The notes under the pieces are model-generated. The model saw only the letters and a program-made list of their open reading frames with translations. It had not been told where the DNA came from and did no database searches. A stretch of DNA of 64,000 bases from Candidatus Heimdallarchaeum aukensis (GTDB lineage: Archaea; Asgardarchaeota; Heimdallarchaeia; Heimdallarchaeales; Heimdallarchaeaceae): positions 256,001-320,000 of the forward strand of contig CP084166.1 of NCBI GenBank assembly GCA_021513695.1. The letters are read 5' to 3'. The position numbers and the translations under genes are program-made. Numbering within the stretch: the first letter of the stretch is position 1; each line of letters starts with the position of its first letter. This document shows, one piece after another, positions 7,411-17,400 of the stretch.

Positions 7411-9219
7411 ATGACAGATAATGGATATATCACTGGTTATGACAGAAAAAATAGAGAAAAATTTCCTATTTTCTTCCAAATTTTACTTTCTGAATGTTTT
7501 AAAGAAAATAATAATTCACTCCTTATTCTACCTGAAAATTTTATGGTAAATAGATTTGTTGAATATCTTTCCTTATTTCTTAGAACAAAAAACATTCAAA
7601 AAACTGCCTTTATTTTATCAGAACAAGGTGAAAAGATAAAATTTAACAATTTATTAACAGAAGAGAAACTCCCTTTTATATCTAGCACTTTAAATGTTGA
7701 AAGAAGAAAGATAAAGTATCAAACTAGTGATATTTTCTTTGTTACAGCTAAAATATTGAGAAACGATCTTTTAAGAGAAGTAATAGAAGCACACGAAATT
7801 GAATTGGCAATTTTTTTGCACGCTGATAAATCCAAAGAAGAAAATGTCTATTCTAACTTAGTACAGATTTTAAGTTCAAATTCAAAAATTAAGTTTGTTG
7901 GAATATCAAAACCTATTTTTAAAGAAAAACAAGAACTAATTTCTGTAATTGAAGCTCTAATGATAACAAATATATTCTACAAGTCATCGTATAGTTCTAT
8001 TATCCAAAGTTGTTTATATGAAAAGTCAAATAAGAAAATAGTTGTTCCTTTTACACAAGAGTTAAATCAAATCAAAGTTAACTTAAGAACTTTGGAAGGA
8101 AAAGTTAATTCAGTTTTAAGGAAGATGGGGATAAAAAATCCTTATTATTTGAGAAGAAATTTTAACAAGGAAATTCAAAATTTAAGAGATAAAAACTTTA
8201 ATGAGTCGACTGTTGAACAAATAATTAATCTTGGTATAGAAAGTATTTTTCTACAATCACTAATTGAAACTTTAGAATCTTCAAGTGTTCCTTTATGTTT
8301 AAAACTAATAGAAAACAACCTAGAAAAAATCTCTCACTACTCTTTCTCATCTTCACTGTTTGAAATATATACAGAACTTAAAGAATTGAAAGATGAAAAA
8401 CACCCGAAGATGGTAATTCTGGTTGAAGAAATATCCAAGGCTTTGAATACTCCTGTAAATAACTCTAATAAAGAAAAACCAACAGTTCTTGTATATTCTA
8501 GTCGCAGAGCAGTACTGCACGAGATAGCAGAAATTTTAATTAAGAAAGAAATAGAAAATTTTGTTATTTTGTCCACGCAGATGAAAAAGCAATTAGAAGA
8601 GTTAGAAAGATTCGATAAGAAGGAGTTTCAAATCGTTTTAGCATCTAAAAATATACCTCTAAATACAGATTTTACATTTTTGTATTCTCTCCCAAAGCAA
8701 AAAACTTTGTTTCGTGAACTAATTCAAAGACCTAATAGTAAGTGTATTATCACTCATAGGTCTATTGAAGAAAAAATATTCTATAAATGGAATGAGAGAA
8801 AAAATGGACAACTAATTAGAGAACTAGTTTCTGATAAGCAAGTAAAAGAAGCTTTGTTGTTCAATCAGCAACAGTTTTTTAATAAAAAGATGATGCAAAT
8901 GATTAATCCAAAAACCAAAGCTCTGATGACATTAAATAGATTTTTTGAGAAAAATAAGAAACAAAAAAAAGATTTAGAAAAAAGAGAATTGAAAGATAAT
9001 ATCTCTGAAAGTAGAGCACTTGATTTTTCCCTTATTCGCTTTCTTTCAGGGTGTTCTGAAGAAGAAGCACTGTTATTAACAGAAATAATTAATTTCTCAC
9101 AAATAAATGATTATGAAAAGTTAACTGTTAATGATTTAATTCCATCCTTTTCTGAAAATAGAGCCAGAGAGATTATTACCAAAATAAAGAATAGATCAAA
9201 GTTAATTTCAAAATTTTAA
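7411..9219 (+). CDS. hypothetical protein with a C-terminal helix-hairpin-helix; possibly a degenerate SF2 helicase-like / Hef-XPF-like scaffold
   Basis: 602 aa. C-terminus LTVNDLIPSFSENRAREIITKI fits an HhH motif (L..Ip.f....A..Ii). Central blocks resemble helicase N/C lobes, but no Walker A and no ERK nuclease motif were found. Confidence 0.35.
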   Translation: MTDNGYITGYDRKNREKFPIFFQILLSECFKENNNSLLILPENFMVNRFVEYLSLFLRTKNIQKTAFILSEQGEKIKFNNLLTEEKLPFISSTLNVERRKIKYQTSDIFFVTAKILRNDLLREVIEAHEIELAIFLHADKSKEENVYSNLVQILSSNSKIKFVGISKPIFKEKQELISVIEALMITNIFYKSSYSSIIQSCLYEKSNKKIVVPFTQELNQIKVNLRTLEGKVNSVLRKMGIKNPYYLRRNFNKEIQNLRDKNFNESTVEQIINLGIESIFLQSLIETLESSSVPLCLKLIENNLEKISHYSFSSSLFEIYTELKELKDEKHPKMVILVEEISKALNTPVNNSNKEKPTVLVYSSRRAVLHEIAEILIKKEIENFVILSTQMKKQLEELERFDKKEFQIVLASKNIPLNTDFTFLYSLPKQKTLFRELIQRPNSKCIITHRSIEEKIFYKWNERKNGQLIRELVSDKQVKEALLFNQQQFFNKKMMQMINPKTKALMTLNRFFEKNKKQKKDLEKRELKDNISESRALDFSLIRFLSGCSEEEALLLTEIINFSQINDYEKLTVNDLIPSFSENRAREIITKIKNRSKLISKF

Positions 9220-9227
9220 CTTTTTAC

Positions 9228-9479
9228 TCACTGGAATTTCTTGTTTAGATACTTCTTTAATTTCGTGAATGTTTTACTTTCTTTATTTTCTCTATTCCAC
9301 TTTTGTATGATGTAGTCTCTAAACTCTTTAGGTAACCAATCAAATCTACTGTAAACTAGGCAATAGCCCTTTAACCTTTCATATTCACTAGTTTTTTCGA
9401 GTAGTTTAAGTGCTCTTAACAGATATCCTTTTGGTTGGTTTTCTAGAATATAAACTACTTTTTTTTCTGCTGTTACCAT
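9228..9479 (-). CDS. small hypothetical protein
   Basis: 83-aa ORF antiparallel between two + genes. Basic, no motifs. Confidence 0.2.
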   Translation of the reverse strand: MVTAEKKVVYILENQPKGYLLRALKLLEKTSEYERLKGYCLVYSRFDWLPKEFRDYIIQKWNRENKESKTFTKLKKYLNKKFQ

Positions 9480-9577
9480 CTGAAAGACTAATTCAGAATT
9501 TTGTTTATAAACTTAGGATTATTTACAAAAATTTCCCCCTTTTTAAATAAATGAGTCAATTACTTTTTTAGATTGAA

Positions 9578-10669
9578 ATGACAACAGTTGAAGAGAAAGC
9601 AAAAATAGAAACGAGTACTAATCAATTGATGGAGTTTTTAGAAGAAGTTTCAGGTCTTTCTGCAGCACAAAAAAAGCGAGTTTACAAGACTCTCGTTGAT
9701 TTTGGGATAACTCACCCTTTAGCTTTTAAAAATCGAACAGTTAAAGAACTTACAAGAATAGATGGAATAAGTGAAAATGTAGCAGAAAAAATAGTTGAAC
9801 ACGCTAATCCTTCAAAAAAAGGTGAACTACTATTCAAGTCATTAGCTGAAGTAAAGAAAGAAGAAGATTCAACTATTATGATAAGTACTGGTTCAAAAAG
9901 ATTAGATGAATTACTAGGTGGAGGAATAAGTTTAGGAACTCTAGTAGAATTTTATGGTTCTCCCCAAAGTGGAAAAACCCAATTGTGTTATACAATTGCA
10001 GCAAATACTTTATTGGAAATTGGAGGAGTATTATGGTTAGATACAGAAGGAAGTTTTAGACCTTCAAGATTAGAACAAATATTATTTTATCTTGAAGAAA
10101 AAAAGAAAGAAAAAATAGATGAAAAGCAAAAAGAGAAAATAAATAGCCAATTTAATGTAGCTACAGTCAGAACTCTTGCACAATTAGAACTAGCTCTACA
10201 ACAAGTAGAAAAAGTAATCACTGCTTATGATGTGAAATTGTTAGTTGTAGATAGTCTAATGGATATTTTTAGAGCAGAGTATGGAGGACTAGGAGAATTG
10301 GCTGAAAGACAAAAACATCTAAATGTGGTTGTACACAAAATGATGAAACTAGCTGACGCATATAACATAGCTGTCGTATATACAAATCAAGTCATGGCTA
10401 ATCCAGATCCTTTTGCTACTGCTTTAGATAAAGTTCAGCCTGTAGGAGGTTTCGTTTTAGGTCATGCTAGTGATATACGCATCTGGTTACGAAGAGCCAC
10501 TTCAGCAACAAAAAAGAAATATGACGCTCCAAATGCAAGAAGGGCAATGATTACAGATTGTGGGTGGTTACCTATGGAAGAAACTATTTTCTCTATCGGA
10601 GCTTTTGGAATATGTGATGTTGAAGAAGAGAGTGAAATGAAAGAAGAAGCAAATATTGAAGAGAAATAA
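9578..10669 (+). CDS. radA: DNA repair and recombination protein RadA (archaeal Rad51/RecA homolog)
   Basis: 363 aa. N-terminal HhH domain (TVKELTRIDGISENVAEKIVEHA). SGSKRLDELLGGGISLGTLVEFYGSPQSGKTQLCYT Walker A. LLVVDSLMDIFRAEY Walker B region. VVYTNQV and the GG loop are also present. Lys-rich insertion EEKKKEKIDEKQKEKINSQ. Confidence 0.85.
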   Translation: MTTVEEKAKIETSTNQLMEFLEEVSGLSAAQKKRVYKTLVDFGITHPLAFKNRTVKELTRIDGISENVAEKIVEHANPSKKGELLFKSLAEVKKEEDSTIMISTGSKRLDELLGGGISLGTLVEFYGSPQSGKTQLCYTIAANTLLEIGGVLWLDTEGSFRPSRLEQILFYLEEKKKEKIDEKQKEKINSQFNVATVRTLAQLELALQQVEKVITAYDVKLLVVDSLMDIFRAEYGGLGELAERQKHLNVVVHKMMKLADAYNIAVVYTNQVMANPDPFATALDKVQPVGGFVLGHASDIRIWLRRATSATKKKYDAPNARRAMITDCGWLPMEETIFSIGAFGICDVEEESEMKEEANIEEK

Positions 10670-10752
10670 ATAATGTGCTGAAATAAAAACCTAATTTAAG
10701 GATTTAGACTTGATAATCTAATAAACTTTAAATATTTCAAACAAAGAATAGA

Positions 10753-11907
10753 TTGAGAATTGTGAATGAAGTAAGTTTAAGTAGTTTGATATTGTCAATA
10801 TTGTTGTTTATATTTAGTCTTACTCTCACTTATCAATCGATATTCAAGAAAAGGAAAACTTGGTTTTTTAATTTAGCTGTCTATCTAAGCTTTCTCTTAA
10901 CGCTTTCTGAAGTAGTTAGAAGTGCAGTTACTGGAAAAGACCTATCTTTAATTTTAATTACTATTGCTCTTATAATTTGGTCTTTAATCTATATCTTATT
11001 ATTCTTGTTCTTTCAACAGTTAGTTTCTAATACAATAAATCCTATTTTAACAATAGTAATCTTTCTTTTTTATTTTATTGAGATTGAATTTGGGATTCTG
11101 CAGTTCTTTGATTACCCTGGAATAATTAATTACCTTTATATCTTATTGTGGGATCTGGGTTATGACTCTCTTGGTTTTATCATTTTTATATATGGAGCGA
11201 TTGTTCATTTTCGTATTTTGAAAAGATCAAAAAATATAGAAGCAGGTATAATCACTTCTGCCTTAATTGTAATTGCTTTTGGTTTTGTTTGGGGATTCAC
11301 AATAGATTTTTTCATTTTTTTGGAGAATATTGGTGTTTTAGTAAGTAGTAATTTTTTATCTATTATTAAAAAGAGTCTGCTATCAGGAGATATCATAAAA
11401 GCACTAGGAATCCTCGTTTTTACAGGTGTATATGTATTTAGACCTAATTACATATTTAAACATCCGTTCAAGATAGATAGTCTAATAATTTATAACAGAA
11501 TAGGATTACCAATTTATGGTGCAAAATATACTAAATCAAATACAGAAGAAGAAAAAGAAATTACAGAGAAAAAATCTTATCATTTCGAACTTATCGGTGG
11601 AGCTATTAATGCTTTAAGTGAATTCATTATCACAACTGCAGGATCAAAGAAAAAACTAAATGAGATAAATACTGAAGATAAAATAATTAAAATAGTTTCA
11701 ACAGATCTTTGTTCCATAGTTGTTATGAGTGATAAAATCTCTTTTTTCCTAATTCAGAGTATGAAAAGGGTTGTTAATTTAATAACTAAAAAATATCCTA
11801 AAGAATTGGAAGAAAAACACTTGGAAGATGATATTTTTCCTGATATAAAGAAGATGATAAAAGACAGTTTTCCTTTTTTACCAAAACCTGTGTATGAATA
11901 CAGTTAG
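10753..11907 (+). CDS. polytopic membrane protein with a C-terminal soluble domain (possibly roadblock/LC7-like)
   Basis: 384 aa. About 7 hydrophobic helices at the N-terminus. The C-terminal 120 aa (YHFELIGGAINALSEF...IVVMSDKISFF) weakly resemble a roadblock/LC7 fold. Confidence 0.4.
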   Translation: MRIVNEVSLSSLILSILLFIFSLTLTYQSIFKKRKTWFFNLAVYLSFLLTLSEVVRSAVTGKDLSLILITIALIIWSLIYILLFLFFQQLVSNTINPILTIVIFLFYFIEIEFGILQFFDYPGIINYLYILLWDLGYDSLGFIIFIYGAIVHFRILKRSKNIEAGIITSALIVIAFGFVWGFTIDFFIFLENIGVLVSSNFLSIIKKSLLSGDIIKALGILVFTGVYVFRPNYIFKHPFKIDSLIIYNRIGLPIYGAKYTKSNTEEEKEITEKKSYHFELIGGAINALSEFIITTAGSKKKLNEINTEDKIIKIVSTDLCSIVVMSDKISFFLIQSMKRVVNLITKKYPKELEEKHLEDDIFPDIKKMIKDSFPFLPKPVYEYS

Positions 11908-12358
11908 TAAGTAAAAAAAAATTTCTACATCAAAACAAAAAAAACAAAATTCATTGTTAATTTTTTCTCTTTTCGCAATGAAAATATTAAGTAAAAATTT
12001 TTTGTTCTTTAGAAGTCTATATTAATAATCTCAACAGAAAAAAACAGACAAAAATTTCTCACTTAAAAAAGTAAAAATGGAAAATATGATATTATTTGGC
12101 TTGGAAAATAGCAAATAGAAAATAACAACTCAAAAATTCTACTTAGACAGGCCCATTCTACTGATTGTTGACCACTATATAAATGCCCGTAAGACCACAA
12201 TATGCTTAATTTTGAGAATATAAGTGTTACAGCACTTAATATTAACTTATTTTGTTATTTCACGTTAAAAGCGATAATTGCAATATTACTGCAATGTGTA
12301 TAGTTATTTTTAATACAAATTACTCTTTAGTTTACTTGCAGATATGGGTGAAATGTAA

Positions 12359-13690
12359 ATGAGTATAAGTGTAAATGTAAGTGAAGCCTTTGGCAAAGTA
12401 ATCCAACCCACGTGGCTCACTGAAGACGAAGAAGATTTTGAAGCGGTGAGCCACAATTTCCAATCACCAGAAACTTATTATTCTTCTGTTTTATTGAGTG
12501 AACCTTTGGGATCATACATTAGTACATATGATGCCCAAAAAATATTATCAAAGGGATTAAGAAAAAATTCTTGGATAAAGGCTTATTATACAAATAAAGA
12601 ATTATTGAGAGAAAAATATATTTTAGATTTTGTAGATTTAATTGTAGCATCAATAGATGAAAATTTCAACTCATCAATTATTGAAGATGCAGTTTATTTG
12701 TTTAAGCTTAACCTTCCAAACTTTCTAGCTTCTTTTCAAGAAAACTATTTCACAAGTAACTTAGTAGCAATGTATTTCCTTGCATTGTTAGATCATAAAT
12801 TACAGCAAGTTGGAGGAAAATTAACAGCAAAAGACATCGAAATAATTTATTCTCTACCTAAAATTACGCCAAATGCTTTTTCTTTTTATAATATCAAAAA
12901 AATTCAAAATGACCTTTATTCGAGAGGAATATTAAAGAGAAAAAGGAGAACAGACTTTTATGAGCCATTGAGGGCGAGAATCAAGGATATATTAGGTTTA
13001 CTAGTAAAAAATTTTCCTGAATTAAATAAAAAGTTAGATGATTTGGAGCAAATTGTCTTTGATTTAATTAATATGCGTAAAGTACCAGGAACTAATTACA
13101 AAGATGCAGCAGTAATAATGATAATGAGTGTTGCAACTAATCTTTTTGAACTAAGGTATAGAAATAATTTCTGGTCACTTCTAAGTAAAGAATATGCATT
13201 TGAAAAAGAAAAAATGTTAAAATCTGTATATAGATTTAGAAGTAGGTTAAAGGAAGTAGAATTAAATAAACTAATTTTGAAATCCTACGCTCCAAAAAAA
13301 GAACAAGAAAAAGAAGAAAAGAAAGAAAAAACAATTTCTACTTTCGAAATAAAAAAAGCTATATACTTGTTTAGCGATAAAATAATGGATAAATTCTCAA
13401 GATTAGAGAAGGATCTACTAATAGTCGAACAGCAAGCCTATAGATTAATTGATAAAAATATTCATGCAAATTTGGATGTAGATAAATACACACTTCCTGT
13501 TCTTCTATTTCAAAGTCTTATCCCGAAATTAAACATCGCTGAATATGAGAAAGAGAGACTACTAGAATTTCTTAGCAAATTTATGAAAAAAAATGAACAG
13601 ATACTAAATCGTCTGAAGAAAAGAATAGAGTTAGAAGAAATTTCAAATAAGAAAAAAGAAAAAATGATTAAGGTGGGGGAGTTTGAGTAA
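12359..13690 (+). CDS. hypothetical protein
   Basis: 443-aa ORF, helical, no motifs. Its start region overlaps a recurring sequence motif (see findings). Confidence 0.35.
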   Translation: MSISVNVSEAFGKVIQPTWLTEDEEDFEAVSHNFQSPETYYSSVLLSEPLGSYISTYDAQKILSKGLRKNSWIKAYYTNKELLREKYILDFVDLIVASIDENFNSSIIEDAVYLFKLNLPNFLASFQENYFTSNLVAMYFLALLDHKLQQVGGKLTAKDIEIIYSLPKITPNAFSFYNIKKIQNDLYSRGILKRKRRTDFYEPLRARIKDILGLLVKNFPELNKKLDDLEQIVFDLINMRKVPGTNYKDAAVIMIMSVATNLFELRYRNNFWSLLSKEYAFEKEKMLKSVYRFRSRLKEVELNKLILKSYAPKKEQEKEEKKEKTISTFEIKKAIYLFSDKIMDKFSRLEKDLLIVEQQAYRLIDKNIHANLDVDKYTLPVLLFQSLIPKLNIAEYEKERLLEFLSKFMKKNEQILNRLKKRIELEEISNKKKEKMIKVGEFE

Positions 13691-14423
13691 TTTTTTCACT
13701 TTTATTTGGGAAACCGTGGTGGCAATTTTTACAGGAACAGCATCACTTAGTTTCTTTGTAATTTTAGTAATCTTGTTCCTACGCTTTCTAGTTGATGCTT
13801 TTATTCCAAGTAAGCTACAGATGTTATTGAATATCCTTTTTTTCCCAGGATCATTTATGCATCAAGTTATACAGACAATTGCAGTAAGAGCTTGTGGATA
13901 TGATGTTAAAGTAAATTTTCATATGGCTTTTGATCGAGATTATGCAAGTCAAAGCATAAAAGGAGATTTAACTCATGTTTCTCATGCAGCTTTTATTGGC
14001 TTAAGTCCTTTTTTGAATATAGGATTGGTTGTAGCAATATTGAAATTTAGTGATGATATATCAGGAATTTTCTTGAAATTTGGTATGCCTTTTATGGGAA
14101 CTTTCTTGAAAATTTATTTGTTATTGTGTTTTGCATTTTTTTCAATTCCTGATGTACAAGATCTAATGTTACCTTTTTACACTTTGACGGTAGCTTATTC
14201 AGAATTTATTGCCCTTTTAATGGTCAGTTTACTTTTCTTTGTCTTTGCTGTTGGAGTTTGGGGATGGCTTATTCCTTCAATTAACTTTCTACTCTTTGTA
14301 GTCTTTGTTTTATATTTGGTTAAAAAAAGACAAGATTCTAACTACAAAGCTGGTAATCTACAACCTATTAAACGAAAACAAAGTCAAAATGAGGGAGATG
14401 AAATATTGCTTTTGGAGGTTTAA
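13683..14423 (+). CDS. integral membrane protein
   Basis: 246 aa with about 6 hydrophobic segments. Overlaps the upstream gene by 8 nt and abuts the giant gene start, so probably one operon. Confidence 0.4.
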   Translation: MSNFFTFIWETVVAIFTGTASLSFFVILVILFLRFLVDAFIPSKLQMLLNILFFPGSFMHQVIQTIAVRACGYDVKVNFHMAFDRDYASQSIKGDLTHVSHAAFIGLSPFLNIGLVVAILKFSDDISGIFLKFGMPFMGTFLKIYLLLCFAFFSIPDVQDLMLPFYTLTVAYSEFIALLMVSLLFFVFAVGVWGWLIPSINFLLFVVFVLYLVKKRQDSNYKAGNLQPIKRKQSQNEGDEILLLEV

Positions 14424-14425
14424 AA

Positions 14426-17400
14426 ATGAAAAAGAAGTTGAAATTCATGTTAATTATGTTTTTAGTTTTGCCATTATCATTAAATCATGTCTTAGCAGAA
14501 AATGTTATTGAACTATTAAATCTTCAATCAAGATATCCTATTAATTATAAAAGTAAAGATTCAGATGTTATTTCTATAAAATCAACAATTGGAAAAGACA
14601 ATGAATTATCTATCAGAAAAAAAGAGAATAGTGTAATAAGTTCGTTAAATAATGAGTTTGTTAGTCCTTATTCTCCTAAATTGAGTTATGGATTGTACAA
14701 AACTTTTACACAGATTTCATCTGTTCCTGAATCAATAAATAAAGGAGAAAATATTAGTGTAACTTCTTCAACAAAATTTGATTTAGGAACTTTATATCCT
14801 GTAGATCAAGGAACAATTTATTGGTATGATTTGAATTGTCTAGAAGAAGATCTGGGAGTAAGTACGAGTTTTGTAGAATCAAGTAAAATAGCTATCAGTT
14901 TTAATTTAACTTCTCCCTCTAACTATATGGGTGTTTATTTTGACATCTCAAATTTAGCAGATTTAACAGGAGATGTGTTAAACGTTTATCTTACTTCAGA
15001 TCTAGAAAACTATTCTACTGATTACCTGGCGAAAAGTGAACTGTCTTTTAAGTATTACAATTCTCAAGCTGGTGTATCTGGATTTTATGCTATTTATGAT
15101 AGTCCAACAACAACTCAAGTTGATAATTCCTTATTAGCAGGTGAAACATATTTTGTGGTTTTGGAAGGAGACAGTTCTTTGAGAATCGAAACATCACTTG
15201 ATTCAGAAGAATATGATGACAATAAAGTATATGTTTTTTCAGGGGGTTCTTGGGGTTTAGAACAAGGAATAGATGCAAAAATAAGAATATTCTCTGGTCA
15301 AAAAATTACTGAAAAAACTATTTCTTCTTCTAGCAATGGAGAAACTACAATAACTTATCAGTCATCTCAATCCTCTTTTAAATATCATACTTTAGTCGCT
15401 TTCTACTATGATACTTCTGGAATGTATGATCTTTCAAGTGATTCTTCAGATTTCAAAGTAATTGACAGCACAATTCCAGAGTATATTTCATTAAATAGTC
15501 CTTCTATAGCTGAATATACAGATTACATTGAGTTGAAAGCTTATGTTGAAAACTACTATCACCAAGAACTAGAAAATCAAACTGTATATTTCTATTACTC
15601 TGAAGATAACTCTTCATGGATAGAAATTGGTTCTTCCATTTCAGATAGTACAGGAGTGGCAAAGATAAATTTCTTAATCTCAAAAGCTTCTGGATACTAC
15701 TACTTTAAAGCAGTAACACAAAATTTAGAAACTTTTAACTATACTGAAACTACCAAAGAACAAGTAATTATTGAAACTCCTCTAGTTCAAACAATTTATG
15801 GAAATCTGAGTGGATCTGATACTTTAGAGACTTTTAGTTTGAAAGTACAAGTACATGATAATGATAATACTCCAATCTCTGGAGTAATGGTTTTCTTTTA
15901 TGTAGAAGGAAAAACTTTTGTTTACGACATTACTGATGAAAACGGTTACGCAAAAACGCATAGCTATTCAGTTAATTGGGCTGTTGGATACTATAACAAC
16001 AAATATTGGGTAAATATCGACTTAGATACTAATTTGTATTCATTTCCTGATACTCAATATGGTGACATTGAAGTACAAAAATCAAATTTACAAATATACA
16101 GTTTAGATAATAATACAATCAATGTCTGGATAAACGACTCCTATTTCTCTTTTGAAGTTAAAGACCCAGAAAATGATTCTGTAGCAAATATAGAATTTGA
16201 ATCAATTTTATATGATCCTTATTTTGATGAATATGTATCTTTAGGTTACGCATTTACAAATGATACAGGATATGGTAAAATTACCCTCCCAGCTTACTTT
16301 AAAGAACCAGGAAAGTATACTTTAATAATTCGCATTTCTGACCCTAACTACAATGTTATTGAAGAAAATCTGCAACTAGAATTATATGCTTCATCAAGTA
16401 TAATAGAGTGTAATTTACCTTCTTCAATCGAATATACATACAATTCTTCTTTACTAATTGAAGGGAATGTGACTGATATAAATGGTAAACCTCTAGCTAA
16501 CGCAAACATAACTGTAAAAATTACTGACCCAAGTATATCTAGTAATTGGGTATTATACATTTATACTACAGAGACAAATTCGCAAGGATACTTTTCTATG
16601 AATTTAACTCTAGATGTTGAAGTTGATCAGGAACTGGTTATAACTATTCATGTAGAAAATTATTATGGCTCTAATGGTGAGATTTCTTATTATGCTACAT
16701 CTTCACAAGAATACAATCTTCTATGTGTTAGGCGAGATGCTGAAATTTTAAATGTTCAAGACTTTATAACCCAGAATCAAGAAACAATAATAATATCTGG
16801 TTTGCTAATTGATTCTGGAGAACCTTTAAGTGGAAAAGAGATAAGAATAATTATTCAAGAAGAGAACTACTATATTATTACAGATACAGAAGGATGTTTT
16901 TACCTTAGTTACCAAGTAAATTTTGGTACAAATGTTAACTTTACAGTTGTTTTTGGGAGTGATAATCATTATAATGTTGTCAATTTAACAAGAACAATAT
17001 TTTCTTCTCCAATAAGTTTAAACATCGAAATTGAAGATGTTATTTGCAATCCAAACACTTTAATCTATTTATCAAGCTATGTCTATTCTGATTTAGGAAC
17101 AACACCTGAAAATGTGCAAGTAGAATTTTATTGGTATGATGAACAATGGATACTTTTAGGAATAGTTTTTACAAATGAATCAGGTATAGCTCAACTGAAT
17201 ATTACAAGTCCTGATAAGGTCGGAGAATTTAGCTGGAAAGCAATAGTTGTTCAAACTGAAGATTGGTTAGAATCATCTTCTAATTTGAAATTATTCCAAA
17301 TAGGTTATCACACCTCAATAAGTATGGAAGCACCAATACAAGGACAATATGGAAATGAAATTAGAATTAATTTCACAGTTACAGATCAATTTGGACAACC

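Noticed and set aside
11908-12358. 450-bp intergenic region searched for a promoter or ncRNA (small palindrome TTGCAATATTACTGCAA)
   Set aside because: Only a short palindrome and the recurring motif at its 3' end were found. There is no GC-rich island or other sign of a structured RNA.
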